Source: Thermodesulfobacteriota bacterium (GTDB lineage Bacteria; Desulfobacterota; Desulfobacteria; Desulfobacterales; C00003060). Taken from it: a DNA stretch of 45,040 nt. The translations under genes were made by a program, and so were the position numbers. The notes below the pieces were generated by a model. That model saw only the letters and a list, made by a program, of their open reading frames with translations. It was not told the origin of the DNA and did not search any database. The DNA is taken from the NCBI GenBank assembly GCA_034189385.1, contig JAXHVD010000021.1, positions 1 through 45,040 of the forward strand. Direction: 5' to 3'. Below, in pieces: positions 36,058-45,040 of this stretch; the first letter of the stretch is position 1; each line of letters begins with the position of its first letter.

Positions 36058-36573
36058 TTACAGGTCTCTATCTGAGGTAGTTTCCAGCTCAAGGATGCGC
36101 TTTTTGAGATTCCTTCCACCACCATAACGGCCTGGTGAGCCGTCTGCTAGGATGACACGATGGCAGGGGACCAAGATGGGGAAGGGGTTTTTGGCTAGAG
36201 TGGTTCCCACGAACCGATAGGCCCTTGGATGTCCTACCTGAGCAGCTATTTGGCCATAAGATCGGACCTCTCCGTGAGGGATACCGGTCACGGCTTGCAA
36301 CACGGAACACTGCAAGGGGGTCAGTCCGCCTAAGTTGAGGACCTCCCAGGGCGGTTTAATGGGGGTTCCTGAAAAATAGGCTTGCAGATCCTTACAAATG
36401 GCCAGGGCTGCCGGCGTGGATCCTGGTTTGGCTGGAGAAGCTGTTCCTTGGATTTGCATCACCAAGGCCCTCTCCTGGGAGTGGGGCAAAAAGACGCGAT
36501 TTAGGAGGAACGGATCGATTTGAAACAGGATACCCACGTATCCAAATGCCGTGATACAGGTGTGGTAGAGCAT
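36058..36573 (-). CDS. ogt: Methylated-DNA-protein-cysteine methyltransferase
   Basis: IP.GEVRSYG.IA, AYRFVG, NPFPILVPCHRV. Confidence 0.92.
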   Translation of the reverse strand: MLYHTCITAFGYVGILFQIDPFLLNRVFLPHSQERALVMQIQGTASPAKPGSTPAALAICKDLQAYFSGTPIKPPWEVLNLGGLTPLQCSVLQAVTGIPHGEVRSYGQIAAQVGHPRAYRFVGTTLAKNPFPILVPCHRVILADGSPGRYGGGRNLKKRILELETTSDRDL

Positions 36574-37823
36574 CAGAGGGGTTCCAGGTTGCCATTGTGG
36601 TCAAAGGCCATGGGTTGAAGAGAGCCCAGAATCTGGAGATCGGGATTGGATATCACCTCGCCCTCCAGGGCCTGGGATACCAAGAGCTTTTCCAGGGAAA
36701 GGGTATTTTTGATACGAACAATCCGTGCCGCCTCAGGTTCCACCTGGCCGATTGTCTTTAGGCAGGCCTCCAGACACTGGCGATCCGTCTGAAAATGCAT
36801 GGGAATCGCTGCCTTTTCAGGAGAGATGGCGGTCAGGGCATTTGTGTACGTTTTTTCAAGATCAAGGCCCTGTACCAGGCGTTGGGTCGTAACGTCTGCC
36901 AGGCCGATGCCATTTCCGTTTCCCCCAGTTCCTGGGCTCAAGTCCCTGACGAAGATTCGCTTCACGTGTGGGGCCGCGAAGAAGTCACCCACCAGATCCC
37001 GATGCCTTCCAGTCACATTGGAGTCCATGCCGATGCCACTAATGTCTTTGCCGATTTCATCTATGACAAGGACATCTATGGAGTCAAAGGGGATGCGCGC
37101 CAGCATGGAGCGGGCCTCTTTTAACAGCAAACGCTCTTGGTCGAGCCAATCCCTTGGCTCCACAGCCGAGATTTGAGCAATGTCGTGATACCCGTCTTCC
37201 AGTATGGCAAGCCCAAAGAGGACGGAGCGGTTCTTCAGAATCTCGCTGGCGGCATCCTGCAAGATAGTGAAGGAGTGTTGGATAGCAACCCGGTGATACA
37301 GGGCTGCCCCGTGGCCCTTGCCCAGGCCCACGGTAAGCATTTTGGTAAGGCCACTTTCGATGGAGTCGTGAAACTTCGTATGAGGTTTAACCCTGTTGAT
37401 AACAACGATGTGATCGGCCCCAGCTGCTCCTCTATCCATGAGGATAGGGATGCCCATGTCCAGATGGCCGATCTCCACAACCTCACTGGCGGCCTGGACA
37501 GGCACACCCATGGTCGACTCTGTGATCCCAAGACTGGCCAGGACCGAGAGCTCCCCTTCTGGTCTATTCCCTCCGTGGCTGCCCATAGCGGGGACGACGA
37601 ATGGCGAAAGGTCCTTTTCTTTCAAAAACGTCACGCATTCGTGTGCCACGAGCGAAATCTGGCTGATGCCGCGGCTTCCGATCCCTACAGCCACAGAGTG
37701 GCCAGGTGCGGCCCTCCTGTCAAGGTCAAGGTCTTGAAGGGCCTTTCTCACTGCGGTAGGGACGTCTTCCACTTTCTGGGCACAAAGCCGCTGCCCAACA
37801 AGGCTCATCTTTGGGAAGGACAT
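36573..37823 (-). CDS. LarA/lactate racemase-like N-terminal domain protein (DUF2088-type)
   Basis: GSRGI, VPAMGSHGG, INRVKPHT.F, ESGL.KM..VGLGK, GKDISG.GMD.NVTG, GNGNGIGLAD; TGATG coupling to ogt. Confidence 0.75.
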   Translation of the reverse strand: MSFPKMSLVGQRLCAQKVEDVPTAVRKALQDLDLDRRAAPGHSVAVGIGSRGISQISLVAHECVTFLKEKDLSPFVVPAMGSHGGNRPEGELSVLASLGITESTMGVPVQAASEVVEIGHLDMGIPILMDRGAAGADHIVVINRVKPHTKFHDSIESGLTKMLTVGLGKGHGAALYHRVAIQHSFTILQDAASEILKNRSVLFGLAILEDGYHDIAQISAVEPRDWLDQERLLLKEARSMLARIPFDSIDVLVIDEIGKDISGIGMDSNVTGRHRDLVGDFFAAPHVKRIFVRDLSPGTGGNGNGIGLADVTTQRLVQGLDLEKTYTNALTAISPEKAAIPMHFQTDRQCLEACLKTIGQVEPEAARIVRIKNTLSLEKLLVSQALEGEVISNPDLQILGSLQPMAFDHNGNLEPL

Positions 37824-37909
37824 GAGCAGGCTTCCGGCTGACTCTTTGGTTTTCAATGGCGCTTCTCAGACCTGAAGCCGGCGTCAGGATGAGCCACAGG
37901 TCCCTGTGA

Positions 37910-38755
37910 TCAATACGTATAAAACCCTTGTCCTGTCTTGCGGCCCAGGTATCCTGCATCCACATACTTCCTGAGCAGGGGACAGGGGCGATATTTGGAG
38001 TCACCAAGACCGTCTTGCAGGACCTCCATGATGGACAGGCAGGTGTCCAAACCGATCAAGTCGGCCAACTGGAGAGGGCCCATGGGATGGTTCATGCCCA
38101 GTTTCATGACCGAATCGATGGCTTCCGCTGTTCCCACACCTTCATAGAGGGCGAAGACGGCCTCATTGATCATGGGCATGAGGATCCGATTGGATATGAA
38201 GCCCGGAAAATCATTGGCTCCTACCGGGGTTTTCTTGAGCTTGAGAGCCAGGTCCTTGGTGGTTTCAAAGGTCTCGTCAGACGTGGCCAAGCCTCGGATG
38301 ATTTCAACTAGTTTCATGAGGGGCACAGGATTCATGAAATGCATGCCAATGACTTCGGAAGGCCGCTTCGTGGTCGAGGCGATCCGAGTGATAGGAATGG
38401 AAGAGGTGTTGGTGGCCAGGATAACGCCAGGCCTTGAAATCTCGTCCAGTTGCTTGAAAACCTCCAGCTTTAACCCCTCGTTTTCTGTGACAGCCTCCAC
38501 CACAAAGTCTGCCTCTTGGAAGGCCTTGATATCAATGGTGGTCTTGATTCTTTCCACTGTGGCCTTTTTTTCTTCCTCGCTGATCCGTTCTTTTTTTAGA
38601 AAGCTTGCAAGACTCTTTTCAATACGCCCCATAGCGCGGTCCAAAAAGGAGTCTTCTAGATCACTAAGGATGACGGAGAGCCCGTTCATGGCTGCCACTT
38701 GGGCAATCCCTGCACCCATCTGACCTGCCCCCACAACACCGACCTTTTTCATCAT
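37910..38755 (-). CDS. hbd: 3-hydroxybutyryl-CoA dehydrogenase
   Basis: [57 protein letters not shown]. Confidence 0.93.
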   Translation of the reverse strand: MMKKVGVVGAGQMGAGIAQVAAMNGLSVILSDLEDSFLDRAMGRIEKSLASFLKKERISEEEKKATVERIKTTIDIKAFQEADFVVEAVTENEGLKLEVFKQLDEISRPGVILATNTSSIPITRIASTTKRPSEVIGMHFMNPVPLMKLVEIIRGLATSDETFETTKDLALKLKKTPVGANDFPGFISNRILMPMINEAVFALYEGVGTAEAIDSVMKLGMNHPMGPLQLADLIGLDTCLSIMEVLQDGLGDSKYRPCPLLRKYVDAGYLGRKTGQGFYTY

Positions 38756-39030
38756 GATTCTCCTCCGTCCAACCAAGGCTCTTCGGCCTCTGATAGAATA
38801 TAAATCCCCTCTTGGTTTTGCTGGTATCCAAGGGCCCGCAGGTCCTCCTCTTGTTCGATGCGGACAAGGCAGTCCATCAATTGCTCCTGTTCCTGCCTGT
38901 TAAAATTGTAAATGTGATCTTCAAGAAAGATGTAGTCTGGCTCCATGCCCTCGGCCGATTTAATGTAAAATGGATAGTCATAGGCCTCGACCCCGTTAGC
39001 CATGCACCTGGCAATGGGTTTGTCATCCAT
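38752..39030 (-). CDS. Small acidic hypothetical protein
   Basis: RBS GAGGT; ATGA overlap with the hbd start. Confidence 0.7.
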   Translation of the reverse strand: MDDKPIARCMANGVEAYDYPFYIKSAEGMEPDYIFLEDHIYNFNRQEQEQLMDCLVRIEQEEDLRALGYQQNQEGIYILSEAEEPWLDGGES

Positions 39031-39125
39031 GTTTAGACCTCAGATAAGAAGATATAGACCATGAGATTGGCAGTAAGGTAAGCCAACCAATAAAGGCTGA
39101 TGGGCAAAGGGAGGATATGTGGGAA

Positions 39126-39164
39126 CTGGCCCTTGATTCGAAGTCCTTCGATATCAAGGACCAG
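39126..39164. terminator. Hairpin downstream of ferredoxin (terminator or mRNA-stabilising stem)
   Basis: CTGG-C-CCTTGAT-TCGAAG..CTTCGA-T-ATCAAGG-A-CCAG; no clear U tract. Confidence 0.4.
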
Positions 39165-39185
39165 ATACCTGTTACCGGGATCACA

Positions 39186-39371
39186 TTAGGTTTCTTCTAC
39201 AGTAATGGCTTCCTGCTCGCAGACCTCTACACAGCTTTCACATCCTAAGCACTCCTCTGCGTTGACAGGCTCGGATTTCTCGTCTTGAAGTTCAAAGACC
39301 TCAACGGGACAAACCTCGACACATTCGCCGCAGCCGGTGCACTTGTCCTTATCGACGCTCGGTGTGAACAT
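39186..39371 (-). CDS. 2[4Fe-4S] ferredoxin
   Basis: CTGCGECVEVCP and CLGCESCVEVC; RBS AAAGGAGG. Confidence 0.93.
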   Translation of the reverse strand: MFTPSVDKDKCTGCGECVEVCPVEVFELQDEKSEPVNAEECLGCESCVEVCEQEAITVEET

Positions 39372-39565
39372 AAAGCAATGCCTCCTTTCTTATCTTTTTT
39401 CAATAAGTTTTACATCCAAACCGATATTCTAGGATGAACTTGTCAGGTTTTGGAATGTGTCCTCATACACCAATAATCTTAAAACGTCAAGCATTCTGGC
39501 TGATCTTGCCTGATTTTTATGGCCTATCCCCTCCGCCTCTGGAGCCCCCCTTCGTTCTGGTACCG

Positions 39566-40612
39566 TTACAAAACAAGGCCTATGATGCTGTTCTTGGCAC
39601 AGTCTCCGTGTTCAGGACCAGTCTTGAGGCCACATCTTTTCTGTAGGAGAGTGCAAGGGGCAAGGCCGGGTACGACGGACCAACAGATACGTACTGTTCT
39701 ATTCCCAGGCTGGCTCACAGAGGCTTCCCAAGCCTTGATCATATCGTCGATCTCGCGCCCTGCCACTTCAACCCTTTGTCGCAGCTGATCACGCCACTCT
39801 GTTGTGAGGATCGCACCAAGAAGCTCTTGCAGAAAGGGGCTCCAAGGGGCCTTTTTGTGCGACTGTCCAGTGCAGGGGATGGCCCGTTTAAGCGGTTCAA
39901 GGCTTTCTTGTGCAGCTTCAAGAAGCCAGGTATAAGCCACCGGTGAGTCAGTCAAAAGGATGGCTGACGTATCATGGTCTTCCTGAAACAGGTGATTCCA
40001 AGCAGACATTCGATGCTCAATCATGAAGCCGCCAGGATCTCTGTCAGAATCCACAAGAGCGGCTCCGGGCATGGAGATCTCACTCTCTTCTGTCCTGTCA
40101 ATACGAAAGAAGTCCTGCAAGGCCTGTTCCTGCAACTTGAATTGCTCAAGGTGCTCTCGCAATTCCAGGGACCGCTCATCATAGTCTTGGGCCAGACGCA
40201 GGAAGAGCTGAGGGCCGAGATCGCCGTCCCAGAACGTTTTTGTTGTCTTGTCCACAGGTGCCTCTGATGCCTTGATTTCAGAAACGATCTTTGGGGTCAG
40301 GGGATCTACTGGAGCAATGTGACTCCCCACGGCCTTAAGATAGGCCATGTCGGCGTCCTGATTCATAAGACCCCATGTTTTCCATTGCTGTAATTCGCCC
40401 TCAAGGGTTTTCTTGTCAACGACATCTTCAAAGGGAACGCGGATTTCCAAAAACCGGTCGCTACCTGTCTGAGCGCCCGCGAAAGGAGGGGAACCGACAG
40501 GTCGATATAGGGCCACCCGGTCAAAGCAACGGGACAAGGCCTCAAGGAGTGAGGAGCCCATGACAGTAAAGGGGAAATAGACCGGAGACAGGATTGTGGA
40601 TTCAGGCTTCAT
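39566..40612 (-). CDS. Hypothetical protein
   Basis: 348-aa ORF with ATGA overlap to the upstream fusion gene. Confidence 0.75.
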   Translation of the reverse strand: MKPESTILSPVYFPFTVMGSSLLEALSRCFDRVALYRPVGSPPFAGAQTGSDRFLEIRVPFEDVVDKKTLEGELQQWKTWGLMNQDADMAYLKAVGSHIAPVDPLTPKIVSEIKASEAPVDKTTKTFWDGDLGPQLFLRLAQDYDERSLELREHLEQFKLQEQALQDFFRIDRTEESEISMPGAALVDSDRDPGGFMIEHRMSAWNHLFQEDHDTSAILLTDSPVAYTWLLEAAQESLEPLKRAIPCTGQSHKKAPWSPFLQELLGAILTTEWRDQLRQRVEVAGREIDDMIKAWEASVSQPGNRTVRICWSVVPGLAPCTLLQKRCGLKTGPEHGDCAKNSIIGLVL

Positions 40613-42888
40613 ATGGTTGTCTTCTCATCCCTCACTTCTACCCCTAAGGCCCAAAGCTGTTCCCTGATTTCATCGGCACGGCCCCAGTCTTTTCTGCCCC
40701 TGGCCTCTTCTCTTTGGGCCATCAGGCCTTGCACGTGGGCGTCCAGCGAGGACTCCTCGAACTGGAAGACACCCAGCACCTCATCAATGCGTTGAAGGGC
40801 CGCCTTGATCCGTCTTGCTCCCTGGAGATCTATCTCTTTGCTTGAAACCAAGGCGTTGAGTTTTCTAACCACTTGAAAAATAATGGCTATGGCAGGGGGG
40901 ATGTCCAGATCGTCGTCCAAGGCATCGGTAAACCCTGTCCTCATGTCGTATAGAAGCTGGTCCAGGTCACTGTAAGGACGCCCATCCTCCACACGGTTCA
41001 ACCGATATAGGCACTCGTCAAGCCTGCGAATGGCGCTCCTTGCTTGGTCAAGGGCTTCAAAGGAGAAATCTAAGGGTTTGCGATAATTGTGGGAAAGCAG
41101 CCAATATCGAATAGCTCGGCCACTGTATCCTCGGTTCAACAGGTCCCTCACATAGGGCATGTCAGGACCTGCCTGCGCTTTTTTCCCCCCAGACAGCACC
41201 AATTCGCTGTGTATCCAATAACGTGCCAAAGGTTTTCCTGTGAGGGCCGTGGTGACGGCTATCTCGTTTTCATTGTGGGGGAACGTGAGGTCCCGGCTGG
41301 TTGCATAGATGTCAAACGTTTCCCCCAGGTGTTTCATGGCCATTGCCGCCGACTCAATATGCCAGCTGGGTCGCACAGCCCCCCACGGTGTTTTTGTATA
41401 GATCCCGCGCTTCAGTTCTGAAAGCTTGGACCGTTTGAGGAGAGTGAAATCCCTTGGATTGGCCTTTTCATATTCATCCAGGTTCACCGTAGAGCCGAGC
41501 CTAATCTTATCAAGGTCAATCCCAGAGAGCTTACCGTATTGCGTGAATCTTGAAATATCAAAGTAAACGGACCGGAGCTTCTCATAGGCAAAACCCTTTT
41601 CCAGGAGTCGGGCCACCAGGGCAACCATATCTTCAACATGCTCGCTGGCTCTGGCGTACTTGGCTGCCGGGGTCATGCCGATGGCCCCGGCATCCTCTAG
41701 AAACGCCTCGAAATACTCGTCAGTAAAAGGGGTTAGCTCCATACCCGCCTTCTCAGACCCAAGGATCGTCTTGTCATCTAGGTCTGTGATATTGACCACA
41801 TGGGTTACCCCATATCCCTTATAGGTTAGATATCGGCAGAGGAGGTCGGCCACTACAAAACGACGACACTCTCCAACATGGATGCGATCGTGGAGTGTCG
41901 GGCCGCAGGAATAGATGGAAACCTTGCCAGGGCTAAGGGGCTCAAAGGGTTCCTTGGTGCGGGTCAGGGTGTTGAAAAACTTCATGCTGACTTGTTCTCG
42001 CATGGCAAAGAGGGGGGTGCTTAAATAGCGCTCTCCACCATCGGGCAAGATCACCACGACCACACCGTCAGACAGGGACTTGACCTCTTCACAGGCGATG
42101 GCCATGGCAGCTCCCGAACTCATACCCACAAACATGCCTTCCTGCTTCGCAAGCCGTCTGGTCATCTCAAAGGCCCTTTCATCGTCTATATTGACCTTTC
42201 TGTCCAGACGGCTATTTTCAAATATTCCAGGCCTATAGGACTCCTTCATGTTTTTTAGGCCTTGGATTTTGTGGCCAAGATAGGGTTCAACACCCACGAC
42301 CTGAACGTTGGGATTGTATTCCTTGAGGCGCCGTGAGGTTCCCATGAGGGTGCCCGTGGTCCCCATGGTGGCAACTAACATGGTAATGCGCCCTCCAGTC
42401 TGTTCCCAGATTTCCCGACCAGTGCCATCGTAGTGGGCTCGCCAGTTGGTATTATTGTTAAACTGGTCCGTCATGAAATAGGTGTCGGGATCTTCGCGGG
42501 CGAGGCGGTAGGCTTCCTCTATAGCACCATCTGTTCCCAGGTGCGGAGGGGTGAGTCTGATGTCAGCCCCCAGGGCTTGAAGGATCTTGCGGCGCTCCAC
42601 GCTGGCAGATTCTGACATGGTCAGCAGGAGGCGGTATCCCTTGACTGCGCACACCAGGGCCAGACCTATGCCAGTGTTGCCGCTAGTGGCTTCCAGCACG
42701 ATCTTCTCAGGAGTCAGGGCACCAGAGGCCTCTGCCTCCATAATCATGGTTTTGGCAATCCGATCTTTTACCGAGCCACCTGGATTGAAGTATTCAAGCT
42801 TGGCCAGCAGGGTCACCTTGGGGTTGGGGTTGAGCCGCTTGATTTCAAAGAGCGGCGTGTTCCCAATAGCGTCTAGAATCGAAGTCAT
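40609..42888 (-). CDS. cysS: Cysteine synthase - cysteinyl-tRNA synthetase-like fusion
   Basis: N-terminus IGNTPL, NPGGSVKDR, ATSGNTG, GTTGT, DGGERYLS; C-terminus FNTL, CGPT, NITDLDDK, RP.WHIE, FPH.ENE, DDDL, AD.IR; no stop between the domains. Confidence 0.9.
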   Translation of the reverse strand: MTSILDAIGNTPLFEIKRLNPNPKVTLLAKLEYFNPGGSVKDRIAKTMIMEAEASGALTPEKIVLEATSGNTGIGLALVCAVKGYRLLLTMSESASVERRKILQALGADIRLTPPHLGTDGAIEEAYRLAREDPDTYFMTDQFNNNTNWRAHYDGTGREIWEQTGGRITMLVATMGTTGTLMGTSRRLKEYNPNVQVVGVEPYLGHKIQGLKNMKESYRPGIFENSRLDRKVNIDDERAFEMTRRLAKQEGMFVGMSSGAAMAIACEEVKSLSDGVVVVILPDGGERYLSTPLFAMREQVSMKFFNTLTRTKEPFEPLSPGKVSIYSCGPTLHDRIHVGECRRFVVADLLCRYLTYKGYGVTHVVNITDLDDKTILGSEKAGMELTPFTDEYFEAFLEDAGAIGMTPAAKYARASEHVEDMVALVARLLEKGFAYEKLRSVYFDISRFTQYGKLSGIDLDKIRLGSTVNLDEYEKANPRDFTLLKRSKLSELKRGIYTKTPWGAVRPSWHIESAAMAMKHLGETFDIYATSRDLTFPHNENEIAVTTALTGKPLARYWIHSELVLSGGKKAQAGPDMPYVRDLLNRGYSGRAIRYWLLSHNYRKPLDFSFEALDQARSAIRRLDECLYRLNRVEDGRPYSDLDQLLYDMRTGFTDALDDDLDIPPAIAIIFQVVRKLNALVSSKEIDLQGARRIKAALQRIDEVLGVFQFEESSLDAHVQGLMAQREEARGRKDWGRADEIREQLWALGVEVRDEKTTI

Positions 42889-42901
42889 TCCTGATGTCTC
42901 T

Positions 42902-43315
42902 TCACCCAAGGGCCTTTTGAATCTGTTCCCCCACAGACTTGATCTTTTGCATATCTCCTGGAACGATCTCCCAACGTGAGACGGTCACGCCGTCTCCTGA
43001 CCACCTGGGGACGATGTGTACGTGAAGATGGGGCACCACCTGATTTGCCGCCTTTCCGTTCAGCTGCATAAGATTGATTCCATCGGGATTGAGGGCCCCC
43101 TGGACAGCAACCGCCAGTTTTCTGGCGGCCGCCATGACGGCCAGGAAATCGGCTTCAGCGATTTCGTGAATCGTGCTAGCGTGGGCCTTGGGAATGATGA
43201 GAAGATGGCCGTCATTGATTGGGTTGATGTCCATGAAGGCGAGCACCCTGTCATCTTCATATACTTTGACCGATGGGATGTCTCCACTAACGATTTTGCA
43301 GAAGATGCAATCCAT
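42902..43315 (-). CDS. HIT family protein
   Basis: DCIFCKI, DI.P...GH.L.IPK.H, HLHVHIVPR. Confidence 0.93.
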   Translation of the reverse strand: MDCIFCKIVSGDIPSVKVYEDDRVLAFMDINPINDGHLLIIPKAHASTIHEIAEADFLAVMAAARKLAVAVQGALNPDGINLMQLNGKAANQVVPHLHVHIVPRWSGDGVTVSRWEIVPGDMQKIKSVGEQIQKALG

Positions 43316-43499
43316 AGTGACCTCCTCTCAAGATAGCTCTGGGGCGCCGAAGCGTCCATACCTATTAGAAAAGCCGTGACGCCTCGTCAAGGAAAATCCC
43401 AGAGAAGAGCAAAGGGGCGCATCGGCCGGGGAAAAGAACAGGGAACTCACAGGGGGCGGCGCCTTGGTTTTGTCCCAAAAGACCCCCATGACACTGCGA

Positions 43500-44528
43500 C
43501 TACTTGATAAAGTGCAGAAATCCAGGTGATTCAAGGCGGCTCCTGCCCCCTGGGGCCTCTAACCAGATGCCACTGTCTTCAATGATCTTGCCGATCCGTG
43601 TGGCCCGCCGGTCTGACGCCTTGGCGTTGAGGGAGCGGATCCTTGGTTCTTCGACCGGTGAGGCCGTAAATAGGAGTTCATAGTCCTCACCACCCTGAAG
43701 GGCCCAACGAAGGGGACTTTGTGCTACTTGATCGGCAAGCCTCTTGAGCGGATCTGACATGGGGAGGGAAGCTCCTTGGAGGAGGGCACCTACACCGCTT
43801 TGCTCGCAGATATGGCCCAGATCCTTGGCCACGCCATCTGACACATCGATCATGGCGTGTGCCAGTCCACCCGCTCCCAAGGCCTTGCCCAGCTCAAATG
43901 GGGGCATCGGCTTCTGATGGGCCAGTATCAGGGATGCATATTCCACAGGCGTGGGTCTCGCCTTGTTGCTGAGGAGAAAGAGCCCCCCGGCTGCATCTCC
44001 CAGTCGGCCTGTCACCCATATATGATCCCCTACCTCAGCCCCGGAGCGGTATACGACGCATTCTCTTGGACAGTCCCCTAGAAGGGTGACCGTGACAACG
44101 GTACAGGACGGGCTTTCCACGGTGTCGCCGCCGGCTAAGACAACCCCTGTTTTTTCTGAAAAGGCCCTAAATCCTACTAGGAATGCGTCCAGAAATGCCG
44201 GTTTTGTTTCCGGCTTCAACCCCAGGGAGAGAAATGCGGTTCGGGGCGTACCGCCCATGGCGGCAATGTCGCTCACATTGACGGCAAGGGACTTCCAGCC
44301 GAGGGCCTCTGGGGAGAGGGTCTGATTAGTGAAATGAATGCCTTCAATCAGGGTGTCTGTGGTCACAAGAAGGGCTGACGCCCCGTCTGCTTCCAAGACT
44401 GCACAGTCATCGCCTATGCCTTTTGTGACGTGGGAAGCAGGTCCAGTGGTCCCTTGGCCCTGGATCTGTTGGATGATACCAGCTTCGCCCATGTCATTGA
44501 GTGTATGGTTGCCTTTATCGTGCCTCAA
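43500..44528 (-). CDS. thiL: Thiamine-monophosphate kinase
   Basis: GIGDDCAV, TTD.L.EG.HF, NVSDIAAMG, GGDT, IDVSDG, GGEDYELL; TTG 44528 with GGAGG RBS. Confidence 0.93.
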   Translation of the reverse strand: MRHDKGNHTLNDMGEAGIIQQIQGQGTTGPASHVTKGIGDDCAVLEADGASALLVTTDTLIEGIHFTNQTLSPEALGWKSLAVNVSDIAAMGGTPRTAFLSLGLKPETKPAFLDAFLVGFRAFSEKTGVVLAGGDTVESPSCTVVTVTLLGDCPRECVVYRSGAEVGDHIWVTGRLGDAAGGLFLLSNKARPTPVEYASLILAHQKPMPPFELGKALGAGGLAHAMIDVSDGVAKDLGHICEQSGVGALLQGASLPMSDPLKRLADQVAQSPLRWALQGGEDYELLFTASPVEEPRIRSLNAKASDRRATRIGKIIEDSGIWLEAPGGRSRLESPGFLHFIK

Positions 44529-44833
44529 GATCGATTTCCTCCCCCGGCCAATCGTGTTGGAGCGATTGGCCAGCATTCAAGCAGTAACAATCATCGTGTG
44601 ATTTGTCCACAAATAAGGCAACCATGAAATGCGGTGTCACACAAGCATGAAGACCAGCCCCCAAAAAGGGGCCGTCAACGCAGGCAGAGGTATTCAAATG
44701 GGTCTAGGGCCCCGAAGGAGAGAAGGCTTCAGGTTGTATGTATGGCGGTGAAAGGCGGCCAGGTTAGCTGGCACTATGTTGTTGAGGCAAGGGGGAAGGT
44801 TCCAAGATCCGGATTGAAGTCCCAGAGGCGCTG

Positions 44834-45040
44834 CTAGCCTTCATCATCAGCCCCGTCGGGATCGTATTCCCGGAGGTAGAGGCCTCTATGGTCTTCCACT
44901 AGCCTATCTGCCCAGAGAAACAGCCACTGGGGATCTTCTTCGTTGAGCTGGGTCCAATCGGCGCCGTCAAAGTGCCAGAGGCCCAGGGTTCCAAAATCGA
45001 CAGCCAGGCCGGAGTTGTAGGCGACCATGGTATTTCCGGT
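44834..45040 (-). CDS. 3' end of a gene truncated by the window edge; DFG.LGLW..DG..W beta-propeller-like repeat
   Basis: Frame open to the window end; LAVDFGTLGLWHFDGADWTQL..DP. Confidence 0.55.
   Translation of the reverse strand, partial: TGNTMVAYNSGLAVDFGTLGLWHFDGADWTQLNEEDPQWLFLWADRLVEDHRGLYLREYDPDGADDEG

Overview
Bacterial chromosome fragment; gene content suggests Desulfobacterota/Deltaproteobacteria (inference). The left ~16.2 kb looks like accessory DNA ending at a displaced 3' half of a tRNA-Arg-like gene plus terminator (att-like scar, 16127-16209). It holds two secreted proteins: a clan GH-A glycoside hydrolase and a 17x PKD-repeat giant. They share an unnamed ~120-aa basic C-terminal domain and a homologous ~147-bp leader, and an orphan third copy of the domain's 3' end lies between them. 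The same region carries a LexA-controlled cassette (lexA - four-helix-bundle gene in heptamer inverted repeats - split dnaE2 - OB-fold - DUF72) with GAAC-N4-GTTC boxes and no imuA/imuB, followed by a SAM methyltransferase. Right of the scar are a degenerate SF2-helicase-like/wHTH protein, two halves of a peptide ABC transporter linked to nagZ and a GlmU-like gene, an EHD-like membrane NTPase, rnd, xerD, Xaa-Pro peptidase, THUMP methyltransferase, a monoheme cytochrome c with a MITE at its RBS, ogt, a LarA-like gene, hbd, ferredoxin, a cysteine synthase-CysRS fusion with degenerate CysRS motifs, HIT and thiL. All calls come from reading motifs by eye; no database searches were run.
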